Part shown: in pieces, positions 52,773 through 63,581 of the stretch
Layout: the number at the start of each line of letters is the position of its first letter
Numbering within the stretch: the first letter of the stretch is position 1
NCBI GenBank assembly: GCA_020184695.1
Contig: JAANOX010000238.1
Location: 310,001 to 374,000 of the forward strand
Length of the DNA stretch: 64,000 nt
Direction of reading: 5' to 3'
From: Histomonas meleagridis 2922-C6/04-290x
Lineage: Eukaryota; Protista; Parabasalia
Position numbers and translations under genes: made by a program
The notes under the pieces: model-generated
Told to the model about the DNA's origin: nothing
Databases searched by the model: none
The model's input: only the letters and a program-made list of their open reading frames with translations

Positions 52773-54281
52773 TCAAAAGCCATACAACGAATCTCTAAAA
52801 TTCGGCTTCGATATTTTTATCAAATTACTCAACTCAACAGGCGGAATATTATCCAAAATGTTATTCTGGAACTTATCAATGTCCCACGGTAATTTACTCT
52901 CAGATTTCCCAATGATTCTTCCAGTTGAAATTCCGCTTTTGTTCGGAATTTTAACATCAACATCAACTAACATGCCATTCAGACGGAACATTTGGGGAGT
53001 GAACCCTCCTAAATCAATAGCGTCAACTAATGTTCGCGATTCATTAATAAGTTGCCCAAAAGCTTTGTTTTTAGTTACGTCGATATGTAATAATGCAACT
53101 GGAAATTCTTTCTTGTATTCCCATTTGTAAAAGAGAAAAGAAGACCCGTTGGGCTTGGTATATACCCACCCTTTTAACTCGTATTGGAATTTCTTGTTGA
53201 TAAGTTTTTCAAAATCAAATATATTATAAAAATGGATTAACTCAATTTGTTGTCCCTGGAAATCAACTTGTGTAATAAACTCATAGGCAGATTGAATCCG
53301 CTCGGAAAATTTTAAATTCCTTATATCTTTATTATTATGTAAATATAAATCAGTTAGATAAATAGCATCACCGATCATAATTCCCTCAAAAAGTGAATTA
53401 CCTGAAATGTTATGTGAAATTGAGTTAAATTGTTTGTGTTTTTGATATTGGAAATCAGTTATAAGAAACGTTTTATGGGATTCAACAAAGAAAAAAAAAC
53501 ATGGTTCGCCATTGGGAAGCGGCATTACACAATATTCAGTATTTTCTTTACGTAATTTATCGATAATTGTGCGAGTGATTTTTATGTATTTACGTTGTTT
53601 GAAATTGGGTAGGTACATGTTAACAATTGATTTTATTTCGTGACTTGAAATAATGTGATTATTTTGATTTATATTGAAATTTGGTTGTGGTGACACAGAT
53701 TGTGGCACCGTAGATGTTTCAATTGGAGAGAATTCATAGAAAGGCTGTGATTCTCCTTTTAAATCCTCAAAATTATTTGTATCATTAATATTTCCATAAT
53801 TTTGTTCAAGAGAGTGAAAATACTTTTCCTTGGTTATACTAAAGCCGATAGATTTTTGGTAACATTGGATTGCATTTTCAAGGGAGTAATTACATTCTTC
53901 AATAAGCCATTTTACAAGAAAATAACCAAGTAAATCAGGACTGTGCCCAACTATAGCAAGTTGAAACTTTCTGTAATTGTATGGACAGCCTTTTTTTATC
54001 TGAATCAAAATTTGAAAAATTACCTCCTTAAATTTGATATATTCACCTGAGTTGCCAATGCTAAAATTTGGAACAATAACACATTCTACACAAAAATTAG
54101 GTATATCAATTTGTCTAATTACATCTTCTTTCGGACGTAATACAAATATTAAATAATTTTTTGTTGGAGGATTATTAACTAATTTACTTATTGAATCATA
54201 GTTGAAGCTTGCCTTCTTTGGAATAAGAAAAGGGACAAATTGTGTGTTTGGGATAGGAATCCCTGCAGTAATTCCTTTCAT
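52773..54281 (-). CDS. mRNA capping enzyme homolog (triphosphatase + guanylyltransferase + OB), catalytic motifs degenerate
   Basis: 502 aa with motif order matching metazoan-type RNGTT: FVPF..P; VGHSPDLLGYFL (for HCxHGxNRTGFL); YCVMPLPNG (for KxDG); SLFEGIMI; IYLTDL; KGWVY; YKW. Confidence 0.65.
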   Translation of the reverse strand: MKGITAGIPIPNTQFVPFLIPKKASFNYDSISKLVNNPPTKNYLIFVLRPKEDVIRQIDIPNFCVECVIVPNFSIGNSGEYIKFKEVIFQILIQIKKGCPYNYRKFQLAIVGHSPDLLGYFLVKWLIEECNYSLENAIQCYQKSIGFSITKEKYFHSLEQNYGNINDTNNFEDLKGESQPFYEFSPIETSTVPQSVSPQPNFNINQNNHIISSHEIKSIVNMYLPNFKQRKYIKITRTIIDKLRKENTEYCVMPLPNGEPCFFFFVESHKTFLITDFQYQKHKQFNSISHNISGNSLFEGIMIGDAIYLTDLYLHNNKDIRNLKFSERIQSAYEFITQVDFQGQQIELIHFYNIFDFEKLINKKFQYELKGWVYTKPNGSSFLFYKWEYKKEFPVALLHIDVTKNKAFGQLINESRTLVDAIDLGGFTPQMFRLNGMLVDVDVKIPNKSGISTGRIIGKSESKLPWDIDKFQNNILDNIPPVELSNLIKISKPNFRDSLYGF

Positions 54282-55021
54282 TCTCTGGGCAGGTGGAGAA
54301 TCGTAACGGTCACCGCAGAACGGTTATTTTCAGCGCCAAAAAGTGCGTTGACGTGTCAAATCAACCAATGTTCCACAAGAAACTAAATCACTTAACCTGC
54401 TAGCCATTAAATTGCCTTTGAAATGATATTATTCTGGGTATTTGATATTGAAGTTAAAGGTTTATTCACGGTTTCATAGAATTTTTTTGTTAAATATTAA
54501 AAAAAAGTGTTCAAATTTTATCACTTGGTTGCTTAAGGAAGTCCGAATAATTTGCTGCAAAACCAAAATGTCCCAAGAAATATTTCATATGAATATTAAA
54601 CTTTCTAATATTCGTACAATAAATAGGATCTGCTTAATGCAATTAATTGGAAATAATAATAAAAAAAAAAAAACAATTTTTATATTTTTGATATTCACAA
54701 ATTACTTAAACAATTGCCAAAAGGTTTCACAAAGCAAAAAAAAATGTCGAATAAACTTTTTGAAGCGACTCAGCAGACAACAGGTTTGATTATCATTGAA
54801 ATTAACGGCATCATATCAAATTTAAATCTGTTATTTGATTGTATATATGGTCGCTGGCAATCATATGAACTTATTACATGGTATCGGAGTTTATTCCTTT
54901 TGAATTTTCAATGGAAAGCACTTTTTGACATTTCAATTTCTAAAGCACGAAAAACGATAGAAATATAACCTTCAAAAATTCATTAAAACCGTCAAAAAAT
55001 TGAAACCGTTTACGTAATTGA

Positions 55022-57223
55022 ATGGAGTGGGAGCTGTCCACAGGAGATTTTCTATCAAGTCTCAACAATATCAACAAAGTCACAGAGGGACTTAAAGCAT
55101 TCAACTACCAAATCGCTCCTTGGACATCAAATGATTTTTGGTTCAATATTCGCAATATAGAATTTTCTGAAATATACTTTCGTGAAATTACAAATGGTTT
55201 TAACGCATGCTATGCACAGCTAGTCGACAAGAAAACAACTCCAGAAAAAATTAAATCCTTAAAGAAAATGATGAATAGCTATTTGTTAACAATTGCTCAC
55301 TTATTAGTTTCATATGGAAGGGAATTCCAAGAGCAGTCATGGTCTAGTATATTCGAACAGACTGAATCGACAGAAGATACCATTTTATATTCTGTTTATT
55401 TGGCTATTATCAAACCTGCACTTCAGATGAAACCAATGAGTTTACAAGAAATAATCCCAAACATAGTATGCTTTTATAACATACCATTGGCAGCATATTC
55501 GATTCCATTGTTTTATTTTTCAGCATTGCATCGATTCATTAATCATGATGTTTATGGCGCATTTTTCACAGTTTACACATGTCTGCAACTTAGTTTTGAT
55601 AACCAACCGAGTCATGAAGCCAAACTTCTTTTATTCCATTTATTGAAATATGTCATGTCAACATTTCCTGGGCTTGATACATCGAAACTTCCCAACGCTG
55701 TTACCCAATTTCAAGAATATTTAGGGTGTCAGTATCCCATTTCCACTTTATCCGTTGAATTAACCAAAAAGATTGAAGACGAAATCGCTTATCCTGGAGC
55801 AGCCTACTTCAACACATTGAACTGGGTGATTGACATGGTCCAAGAAATCAATTATATCCCACTCGTATTTGATCAAGGAGATAAATTTTTCATCAATACA
55901 ATGTACTCCGAACTTCCAAGCACATCACTCCAATCATCCATTATATCATTTGTTAAGTATTTTGTCAAAGCCTATTTCAAATCATCCAAGATTTTAACAT
56001 CAGAACAATGCATTGAATTCTATACTCAACTTCAATTGAAGTCCACTGTCCTTGCTAAGCTCAAAGAGAAGTATGGTCTTACACAAGACATAACACCAGA
56101 TCCTTCTAAAAGATCAATGACCTTATATCCACCCTTTGTCCCAATCAAACCGATCAAACTACAAGTCACCTTTGAGCCATCAGGTAATTATGTCACCAAG
56201 ACCAGTGAATCTTATCATTACTATGCTTCACCAGTTGGAGCAGTTTTTGAATTGTCAGTATTGAAACCGTTAGACGATATACTGAAAAACCGTTTACCTG
56301 ACACTTTTTACTGTAAGATTTGTTTATGTGGCGATGATTATTTCTTATCATCATTTTTGAATGCTTATTGTAGTTGTATTCGTCCAGGCTCTCAACTCCT
56401 TAATATTTTAGACTTTGTCATTTATTTAGTTCCTATTGATATAGCTGAGAACACGCGTATTCATAACAATGGAATCATCTCTAAGTTCATTTCATCATTT
56501 GATCCAGTTTATAAGCGATTTGTATCGCATTTATTCCGTATAACGCATTCTATCTTACCAAAGATGGACGAAGATTCACAACTTAAGATTCCATTGATAG
56601 AATCCAATGATGACCAATTCGATAGTCATTTATATTTCACTGATCCTTCACCTAATAATTTATTCCAATTTGGTCTTCAACATTATTTAATTAATGCTCG
56701 TAATATTGTTGATGTTAATGTCTGGAAATGTGAACTTGAACTTACTGATCCAGATCCACATTACATAATGATAGTACCATTTATCACAACGATATTTATA
56801 GGGTCGACAAATGTAATAACAAATGACTTCGAGAAAAACGCAACAGGAAAAACACGTAACATAAACATAACATATAAATCGCCAAATGGAAAAGAAGAAA
56901 AGAAAACAAACTTAAAGACAACTTCGATTTCGATTGCAAACATCGACTTAAATTGCGGAGTAACTTCTATGGATGAATATTTGCTCTTGCAACTCACAAA
57001 GAATAACACAGTCGATATGGAAACGTTGAACAATGTGCACCAGGCGCTGGTGACGTCGGTGGAATTGGAAATGGCTAAGGGAGAGACATTCAAGGCAATG
57101 ATAGACATGCACACATACCAAAACATTAAGAAGATTAGAATCGCAAGAATGGAAAACCCGCATAGAAAGAACGAAAATATGAAATTGCATTTCGCTTCAT
57201 TCGTTCCTTATCATGAAGTTTGA
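55022..57223 (+). CDS. Hypothetical protein with PACS-1/p101-like C-terminal region
   Basis: 733 aa. KICLCGDDYFLSSFL, IYLVPI, ISKFISSFDPVY, LQHYLINA, IVPFITTIFIG and FKAMIDMH..QNIK recall the ordered motifs of the PACS-1 C-terminal domain (by eye). Confidence 0.6.
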   Translation: MEWELSTGDFLSSLNNINKVTEGLKAFNYQIAPWTSNDFWFNIRNIEFSEIYFREITNGFNACYAQLVDKKTTPEKIKSLKKMMNSYLLTIAHLLVSYGREFQEQSWSSIFEQTESTEDTILYSVYLAIIKPALQMKPMSLQEIIPNIVCFYNIPLAAYSIPLFYFSALHRFINHDVYGAFFTVYTCLQLSFDNQPSHEAKLLLFHLLKYVMSTFPGLDTSKLPNAVTQFQEYLGCQYPISTLSVELTKKIEDEIAYPGAAYFNTLNWVIDMVQEINYIPLVFDQGDKFFINTMYSELPSTSLQSSIISFVKYFVKAYFKSSKILTSEQCIEFYTQLQLKSTVLAKLKEKYGLTQDITPDPSKRSMTLYPPFVPIKPIKLQVTFEPSGNYVTKTSESYHYYASPVGAVFELSVLKPLDDILKNRLPDTFYCKICLCGDDYFLSSFLNAYCSCIRPGSQLLNILDFVIYLVPIDIAENTRIHNNGIISKFISSFDPVYKRFVSHLFRITHSILPKMDEDSQLKIPLIESNDDQFDSHLYFTDPSPNNLFQFGLQHYLINARNIVDVNVWKCELELTDPDPHYIMIVPFITTIFIGSTNVITNDFEKNATGKTRNINITYKSPNGKEEKKTNLKTTSISIANIDLNCGVTSMDEYLLLQLTKNNTVDMETLNNVHQALVTSVELEMAKGETFKAMIDMHTYQNIKKIRIARMENPHRKNENMKLHFASFVPYHEV

Positions 57224-57292
57224 GGAATAAGGAATTATTGAATCGGACGAGTGGAAAATAAAAAAAATTAAAAAATTCTTTATTTAAATAAA

Positions 57293-57790
57293 TGAGTAAC
57301 AATGTCATTATTAATTAACAATGTGATGTCAATGCAAAGTGAGTAACAATGTGATAATTAAATAACAATGTGATAATTAAATAACAATGTGATGTCAATG
57401 CAAAGTGAGTAACAATGTGATAATTAAATAACAATGTGATGTCAATGCAAAGTGAATAACAATGTGATAATTAAATAACAATGTGATAATTAAATAACAA
57501 TGTGATATTAATGCAAAGTGAGTAACAAAGTGATAATTAAATAACAATATGATATTAATGCAAAGTGAATAATAATGTGATAATTAAATAACAATGTGAT
57601 ATTAATGCAAAGTGAATAACAATGTGATAATTAAATAACAATGTGATAATTAAATAAAAATGTGATAATTAAATAACAATGTGACAATTAAATAACAATA
57701 TGATATTAATGCAAAGTGAATAACAATGTGAAAATTAAATAACAATGTGATAATTAAATAACAATTTGATAATTTAATAATAATTTGATT
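57293..57790. repeat. Two-unit minisatellite (19-nt and 28-nt units sharing TAACAATGTGAT)
   Basis: About 23 cores, each followed by AATTAAA (S) or (GTC/ATT)AATGCAAAGTGAR (L). Confidence 0.97.
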
Positions 57791-58241
57791 AAAAAAATAA
57801 TACTGATACTAATATGGCTAATAAAGGAAAAAAATGACTTAAAAAATAAGGTATATATGTATCGTAATATAAATTTTAAATTAAGGAAAGAATATAATAA
57901 ACAAAAAGGGAAACAAAATACAATGGACCAATCCTTTCAAAGATAAAACAGCAATCAATAGATCAAATATTTTCCAAGATCAAACAAAGAGAAACAAAAT
58001 TTGGAGTATGAAGAAGATTTTAAATGATAAAAAATTGTAAACAAGAGAAATAAAGCAAACAATCAAAAACGATACAGTAAATAACGATTACAATCAATTT
58101 AAATTCAAATAAATATAAAATTAGAATATCTGAAAATTTATCAGAATAAATTTAAAAATACCTGATATTATAACAGCATTAATATATTACCCGATTATTG
58201 TTTTGAAGAAATCTTTTGAAAAATGTTGAATCAGAACTCCC

Positions 58242-58259
58242 TTCTTTAGTACTAAAGAA
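58242..58259. repeat. 18-bp perfect palindrome
   Basis: TTCTTTAGTACTAAAGAA. Confidence 0.9.
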
Positions 58260-58652
58260 CATTATAAAGATTTTGAAATGATCATTATTTGCTAAATTGG
58301 TTAATATGATTATAATTTTTTTTTTAATTCCATATCGAACAACATTTTTAAATTTTTGCTTCCAACAAAAAAAAAATTTCTATTATATAAAGAATAGAAG
58401 AATGCATTAATTTATATATTTTTATATAAATATCGAAATAATTTCAAAAATGATAAATAAATTACCATCAAAAAATTTCCGGAAATAACAAGAAGAAAAT
58501 GAACAAAAAAATGTTTTATTCAGAAATGAAGTGACCAATCAACACTTTTTAAAGATTATTTCAACTTTTGTGCGCTATTGTAAAAATGTTGGTGAAAAGG
58601 GACAAATTTGATAGGATTATCCCTTTCAATATCGAAAAAGTGACGGTTCAGT

Positions 58653-58658
58653 TCACTT
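58653..58658 (+). promoter_or_regulatory. Initiator TCACTT of the CAP gene
   Basis: TTCACTTTATTCA directly precedes ATG 58665. Confidence 0.6.
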
Positions 58659-58664
58659 TATTCA

Positions 58665-59921
58665 ATGGAGGCGAAATTGAACGATGTTGTTGCACGCCTT
58701 GAGGCTGTTGCAGCAAAGCTTGAGAAGGTCGGTGTTGCTGGACCAGTTGCTGGTGGTGATGAAGAAACCGAAGAATATCCAGAAATCATGGCATACGATC
58801 AAATCGTCAACCCAAAGATGGAACAAATGATGGCTGCTGCTAAAGCAATCGATGATGAACTTGTTACACTTTCACAATTTGTCGTTGATGGATTCAAAGA
58901 AGTTCGTCGTCTTATCCTCTGCGGTGCTCGTTTCAACAAACCAGATGACATCAGCGTTGTTCTTAAGCCACTCAACGATGTTAAGAGCGCTGGTATGAAG
59001 TGGGTTCATGATAACTATCGTACCAAGCATGTCAACCATGCAAAGGCTGTCAACGAATGCCTTACCGTCTTTGATTGGGTTACAATTGGCCCAAGCGCTA
59101 TCACCTTTGTTCAAGAAATGACAGGATCAGTTGAATGCTACACCAACAAGATTGCCATGGAATTCCGTGGAAAGAACGAAAACCAAATGAAGTGGGTTCA
59201 AGGACTTGTTGGAGCCCTCAAAGCCCTTCCAGATTACATCAACGATTATCACAAGATGGGTCTCAAGTGGAACGTTCGTGCACAAAAGGCAACAGGACCA
59301 ACCAACATGAAAGGTGCCGCTGCTGCTCCAGAACCAGCTCCAGCTGCCAAGCCAGCCCCAGCTGCCAAGCCAGCTCCAGCCAAGGGAGGCATTGCCGGCA
59401 AATTAGGAGGACTTAACATCCCAATGAAGGCACCAGCCAAGGAACCATCCTGCAAGAAGGCACGTGAAGGTCTCTACACCGTCGAATACTTCGATGGCAA
59501 GAACCCAACACTCCCAGGCGATATCACCATGAAAGATATTATCAACTTCTACCAATGCAAGAACTGCACATTAGAAATCCCAGTCAAAGTTAAGGCAATT
59601 GCATTCCAAAACTGCGAACGCGTTACACTCATCATCAACGATGTCATCGGCACATGCGAAATCACATCATGCAAGCGCGCTACAGTTTGGCTCAATGGTA
59701 ATTGCAAGACAGTCACAATCGATAAATGCGATGGCGTTCAAATCAACCTTTCAGAGAAGTCCATCGAGTGCCAAATCACTACAGCACTTTCTCAGGGTCT
59801 CAACGTTGAGGTTCCTGACCTTAACGAAGAAGGCAACATGATCGAATTCCCTGTTCCTGAACAAATTAAGGTTCACTTGGTCGACCGCAAGCTTGTCCAC
59901 GAAGTCTACGTTCACGAGTAA
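58665..59921 (+). CDS. CAP: Adenylyl cyclase-associated protein (CAP/Srv2)
   Basis: N-terminal V.RLEAVA.KLE oligomerisation motif, helical domain (HAKAVNECL..FDWV, F..EM, GL.WN), and C-terminal beta-helix CARP (VKVKAI...C, TIDKCDG, GNMIEFPVPEQ). Confidence 0.96.
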   Translation: MEAKLNDVVARLEAVAAKLEKVGVAGPVAGGDEETEEYPEIMAYDQIVNPKMEQMMAAAKAIDDELVTLSQFVVDGFKEVRRLILCGARFNKPDDISVVLKPLNDVKSAGMKWVHDNYRTKHVNHAKAVNECLTVFDWVTIGPSAITFVQEMTGSVECYTNKIAMEFRGKNENQMKWVQGLVGALKALPDYINDYHKMGLKWNVRAQKATGPTNMKGAAAAPEPAPAAKPAPAAKPAPAKGGIAGKLGGLNIPMKAPAKEPSCKKAREGLYTVEYFDGKNPTLPGDITMKDIINFYQCKNCTLEIPVKVKAIAFQNCERVTLIINDVIGTCEITSCKRATVWLNGNCKTVTIDKCDGVQINLSEKSIECQITTALSQGLNVEVPDLNEEGNMIEFPVPEQIKVHLVDRKLVHEVYVHE

Positions 59922-60224
59922 AAAGACCTCATTAATCATTTTGCACAATATTCGCAAGTCCACTTCTTTTGTATGAATCGAAATCTACCTGAAAAGTCGA
60001 TTGGGTGCATTTCCTTCACATAAAGTTGGACACCGACGGTTATATTGTATACTTTATTGATCGTTGTTTTACCTTTCGATAAAGTATACAATTCGAAAGA
60101 GACATTAAACCAGTATCAACAACCTCAAAAATATCAAAATCTTCAAACACGACAACGAATTGAAGCAGATTTTTCATGGTCTAAAAAGAAGCCATCAAAT
60201 CAAATTCCAGAACAGAAGTTCTAA

Positions 60225-60662
60225 ACAGTCTTTGGAAAACCCAGCTTCCAAATCCCTCAAAATCATGGCAGTAGAGCACTTCCAACAAATGGCGAAATTA
60301 ATGCATTCGAAGCTTTTATTGTTCCTGAGTCTCTTGTTGAGTTAACCGCTGGCTTAAACAGTGCTGAGTGGAAGGCTAAGGTTAGAGTTATCTATGGTCT
60401 TGAAATTTTCGGCCAAAAGTTTGGAATCGGAACCGTGGAGCATGTAAAGGGTGAAGTCCAACGCCTTAGGTCTGCACCACAAGTATCGCTTCGTTCTGCT
60501 GCTGTTCGTTTTTATGAATCAATTGAAAATGTACAACCAACAGATTTGCCAGAACAACCATCTGCATTTTCTTTCACAGGTGAAGCACAATCTGCGCCAA
60601 ACGAAGAAGCTCCGAAAGAAGAAGAAGAAAACAAAGAGAATGCTGAAAGTAATGAAACATAA
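60225..60662 (+). pseudogene. ATG-less coding-like frame, possibly the C-terminal part of an ENTH/VHS-like (tepsin-like) gene
   Basis: Open 145-codon frame (TVFGKPSFQIP...AEWKAKVRVIYGLE...ENAESNET) with highly expressed-type codon usage. Preceded in frame by TAA 60222 and TAA 60021, with ATG at 59973. Confidence 0.45.
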
Positions 60663-61440
60663 TTGCTGTTTCATATGCATCTTTAAATGATGAATGATTT
60701 TGCTCACATAAATGAATAATTTCTTCATTTCCACCTGCAACAGCATATTTACCTGTTTTATTTACATTTGCACCATTCTTAAGTAAATATGTAAAACATT
60801 TAACTGAAGAAAAAAATGCTGCATAATCAATTAATGTAACATTCTTTTGATTAATAAATGAACATCTTTCATAAAGTGATGGTTCTATTGTTTGATCAAA
60901 ATCAAAATCATTTTGAGATGATATTTCTTGAAGTTTTTCTATATCATCATTTCGAATTATTTTTGCAATTTCTTTTGGATTATGCCCTTCTTTAACATAT
61001 TGCTGATGAAGCTCCCAAAAATATTTATATCTAACTAATTTATCTTGATTAATATGAACAAAAAATGGTTCACATATATTTTGAATGATTTTTGATTCAA
61101 GTAAATTATACTTAATCATGTAATTAAGTAAATAAAATGATTCTTGTGTGTTTTCTTTGAGTAGAAATTGAGAAAATAAATTGACTATTTTTGTGTTGAT
61201 TTTATTGTTTACTTCATATTTTTCAATTTCTTGTAATAATCTCAAATATATATTAAAATTATTATTAATCAAAAGAGATGTATATATCATTCGGCTTATT
61301 ATGATATCATAAGATATTGGATATTCTTTATGGAAGTTGGTGGTAATATAATTTGCTGATTGAGCAAATTTACCGATATTCAAACCAGTGATTGTGTTTT
61401 TGAGCGTTGTAAATGTTTCCCATTCGTTTTGAGCTTTCTG
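60652..61440 (-). pseudogene. DUF3447-type gene copy lacking a start ATG and truncated at YETAIMFH
   Basis: The frame opens QNEWETF (cf. QENEWETL in the 39696 gene) without an ATG. It shares the conserved core, and homology ends at 60652. Confidence 0.75.
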
Positions 61441-61901
61441 ATTTATTGTTGTTGTTTGCTTTTGGTGGGTTTTGAACGTATAAACTACTCAATAATTTAG
61501 TATTTATTTTTTTTAACGGTCGGATATTTGCGGTTAATTTTCGACTTGAAAATTGATAACTTCAAATTCAAAAGTCAAATTCAAGTCCTCACAAATTTGT
61601 TTTAACCGCTTCGTGGGACGCTCAAAAAGAAAAATATGCAACTCCCTAAGAAAAAGTGGCAAGCAAATTTCAAGTTGAGTTACATCCCAAGCATATGCAT
61701 TTGCAATACTATTTAGAATAAGCCTATCATGATAAATTAGATTTCATACAGCAAAGTTTTAATAAAATATCAAAAGATTTTTTTCAATTCTTAAAAATCA
61801 ATAAGTTAGAAAATTTTCGTTCTAGAGAGACAAACAAAAGAGCGCTTACTAAGTATGAAGTATTTCTTCCTCTGCAACATAACATTCAAAATTATCAAAA
61901 T

Positions 61902-62852
61902 ATGAATTGCACTTTAAATGATAATAAATTACAAACAAATATATTTTTTAAAGATGAAAATGAAACATTCATTCTTAATGTATTCTATCCATATTTTAGG
62001 ATTAATGAACAAGGTGAAAAAGACATTAATACTAAAATAACTAATATAGACATCTTTGCTGGTAATACAAGTGTTTCTTCTTCTACATCTGAAATTTATA
62101 GTGTTGATTTGATTAGGATAATGTCAACACTTGAAATCACGATTGAACTTAATGATTACCAATCAGATTGTAAATTTTTTATCAGTGGTCTGAGACACAA
62201 AGGAACATTTAATATTTACACATGTAATATCACTGTCGATGAAAATGAAAATACTAATTATCAATATGATTTTACAAATGCATTCTATTCTAATAATACA
62301 TCAAGTCAAAGGGTATATACATTACATGTTATCCCACAAAAAGCTAGCAATATGGAGGTTACAGCATTGATAAACGGAATCACTTTCATCTCAAAGCTTA
62401 GCAACGCCGAGCTTGAACCTGCTTGGACTTATAGTTATACCATTAATTTGACGAAACCAACAAATACATTCACTAAATCAAATGAATTTACCAATTTTAA
62501 TTCAATTACAAGTATGTTATCGAATGGATTAACATATTCTTTAACATTAATATATTCTTATTCTGTTTCTCATTCTTTAACTATTTCATTATATATGATA
62601 AATACTTATAAATTAACTATAATTGATTCCGTTTTAACATATATTACTACAAAATTTATAACTTATAATTACATTTTTGCACAGTATCCCTCTGAATATA
62701 GTTATTACACATATTTAAATTTCTATAATCAAAATAATAACAACAATGGCATATCATCAAAACTATTAATAGGAATAATATGCGCATCAGCTGTAGTGAT
62801 TTTGTTGATAGTCGGAATTATCATTTATGTGTTTCGAAACGGCAAAACATAA
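61902..62852 (+). CDS. Surface-protein-like ORF with S/T/Y-rich stalk and TM; tail interrupted by TAA
   Basis: 316 aa; TNTFTKSNEFT repeat, stalk LTYSLTLIYSYSVS, TM LLIGIICASAVVILLIVGIIIYVF. The frame continues past TAA to 62972. Confidence 0.6.
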   Translation: MNCTLNDNKLQTNIFFKDENETFILNVFYPYFRINEQGEKDINTKITNIDIFAGNTSVSSSTSEIYSVDLIRIMSTLEITIELNDYQSDCKFFISGLRHKGTFNIYTCNITVDENENTNYQYDFTNAFYSNNTSSQRVYTLHVIPQKASNMEVTALINGITFISKLSNAELEPAWTYSYTINLTKPTNTFTKSNEFTNFNSITSMLSNGLTYSLTLIYSYSVSHSLTISLYMINTYKLTIIDSVLTYITTKFITYNYIFAQYPSEYSYYTYLNFYNQNNNNNGISSKLLIGIICASAVVILLIVGIIIYVFRNGKT

Positions 62853-63263
62853 ACTTCACAACAACCACAAAATTCATATAAAGAAAACTCTTTTTCTGAT
62901 GAAGAAAATGTTGTTAATGTCGAAAAAGAATTTTATAATCTAGCCCAAAAAGAAACAGATAAATGGGTATAATACAATATATGTTATTTGTATATGCAAG
63001 TACACATCATGTTATACATTGATTTCTTCATCATATATTACAGGTGGTATGTTCCTATTTATCGTTCAAACTACGTCTGAAACATACACAAAATACTGAA
63101 CAGGAAGTGTAACATCATCTCAATCAATTACAATCTCTGTAACAAATACATTTTCTTTCACACTCAGTCATTCTTCTTCTACAACTCGCGTCACTTCAAA
63201 CACGTTGTCTCCATCTCAGATGCAAACACTGTCAAACGCCAACACACTTTCCAGGACATCAAC

Positions 63264-63581
63264 ATGTCACAATCGGTATTTCCTACTTTATCTCGATCTC
63301 TTACATATAAAAACTCATTAACTCGATCACAAACACTGAAACCCATAACAACATTATCACAAACAAATTCTCGATCATTGTTGCCAACACTAATTCAATT
63401 GTATTCACCCACTGTTTCATTTATACTCACCATTTCAACTACTCACACATTGTCACTTACTAAAGTAAAATCAATTACATGGATTCCAGATCCAACAAAC
63501 ACTTTTACGAACTCTAATACATTCACTAAATCAAATACATTTACCAATTCATTTCAATTTGATGTAACAATTGTAAAATGA
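63264..63581 (+). pseudogene. S/T-rich stalk fragment of the same surface-protein family
   Basis: PTNTFTNSNTFTKSNTFTNSFQFDVT matches the SNTFT motif at 19092-19200 and 62450-62500. Confidence 0.45.

Noticed and set aside
54442-54968. Short ORFs of 115 and 84 aa between the capping-like and PACS-like genes
   Set aside because: Non-ATG or low-complexity AT-rich frames with poly-A runs and no motif; probably a divergent promoter region.
57293-57790. CRISPR-like array
   Set aside because: Spacers are only two recurring types, not unique; there are no cas genes and the context is eukaryotic.
58665-59921. Higher GC of CAP (also RPS14 and Ubc) as a sign of horizontal transfer
   Set aside because: These are core eukaryotic genes with C-ending codon bias typical of high expression, and CAP has a native Inr.
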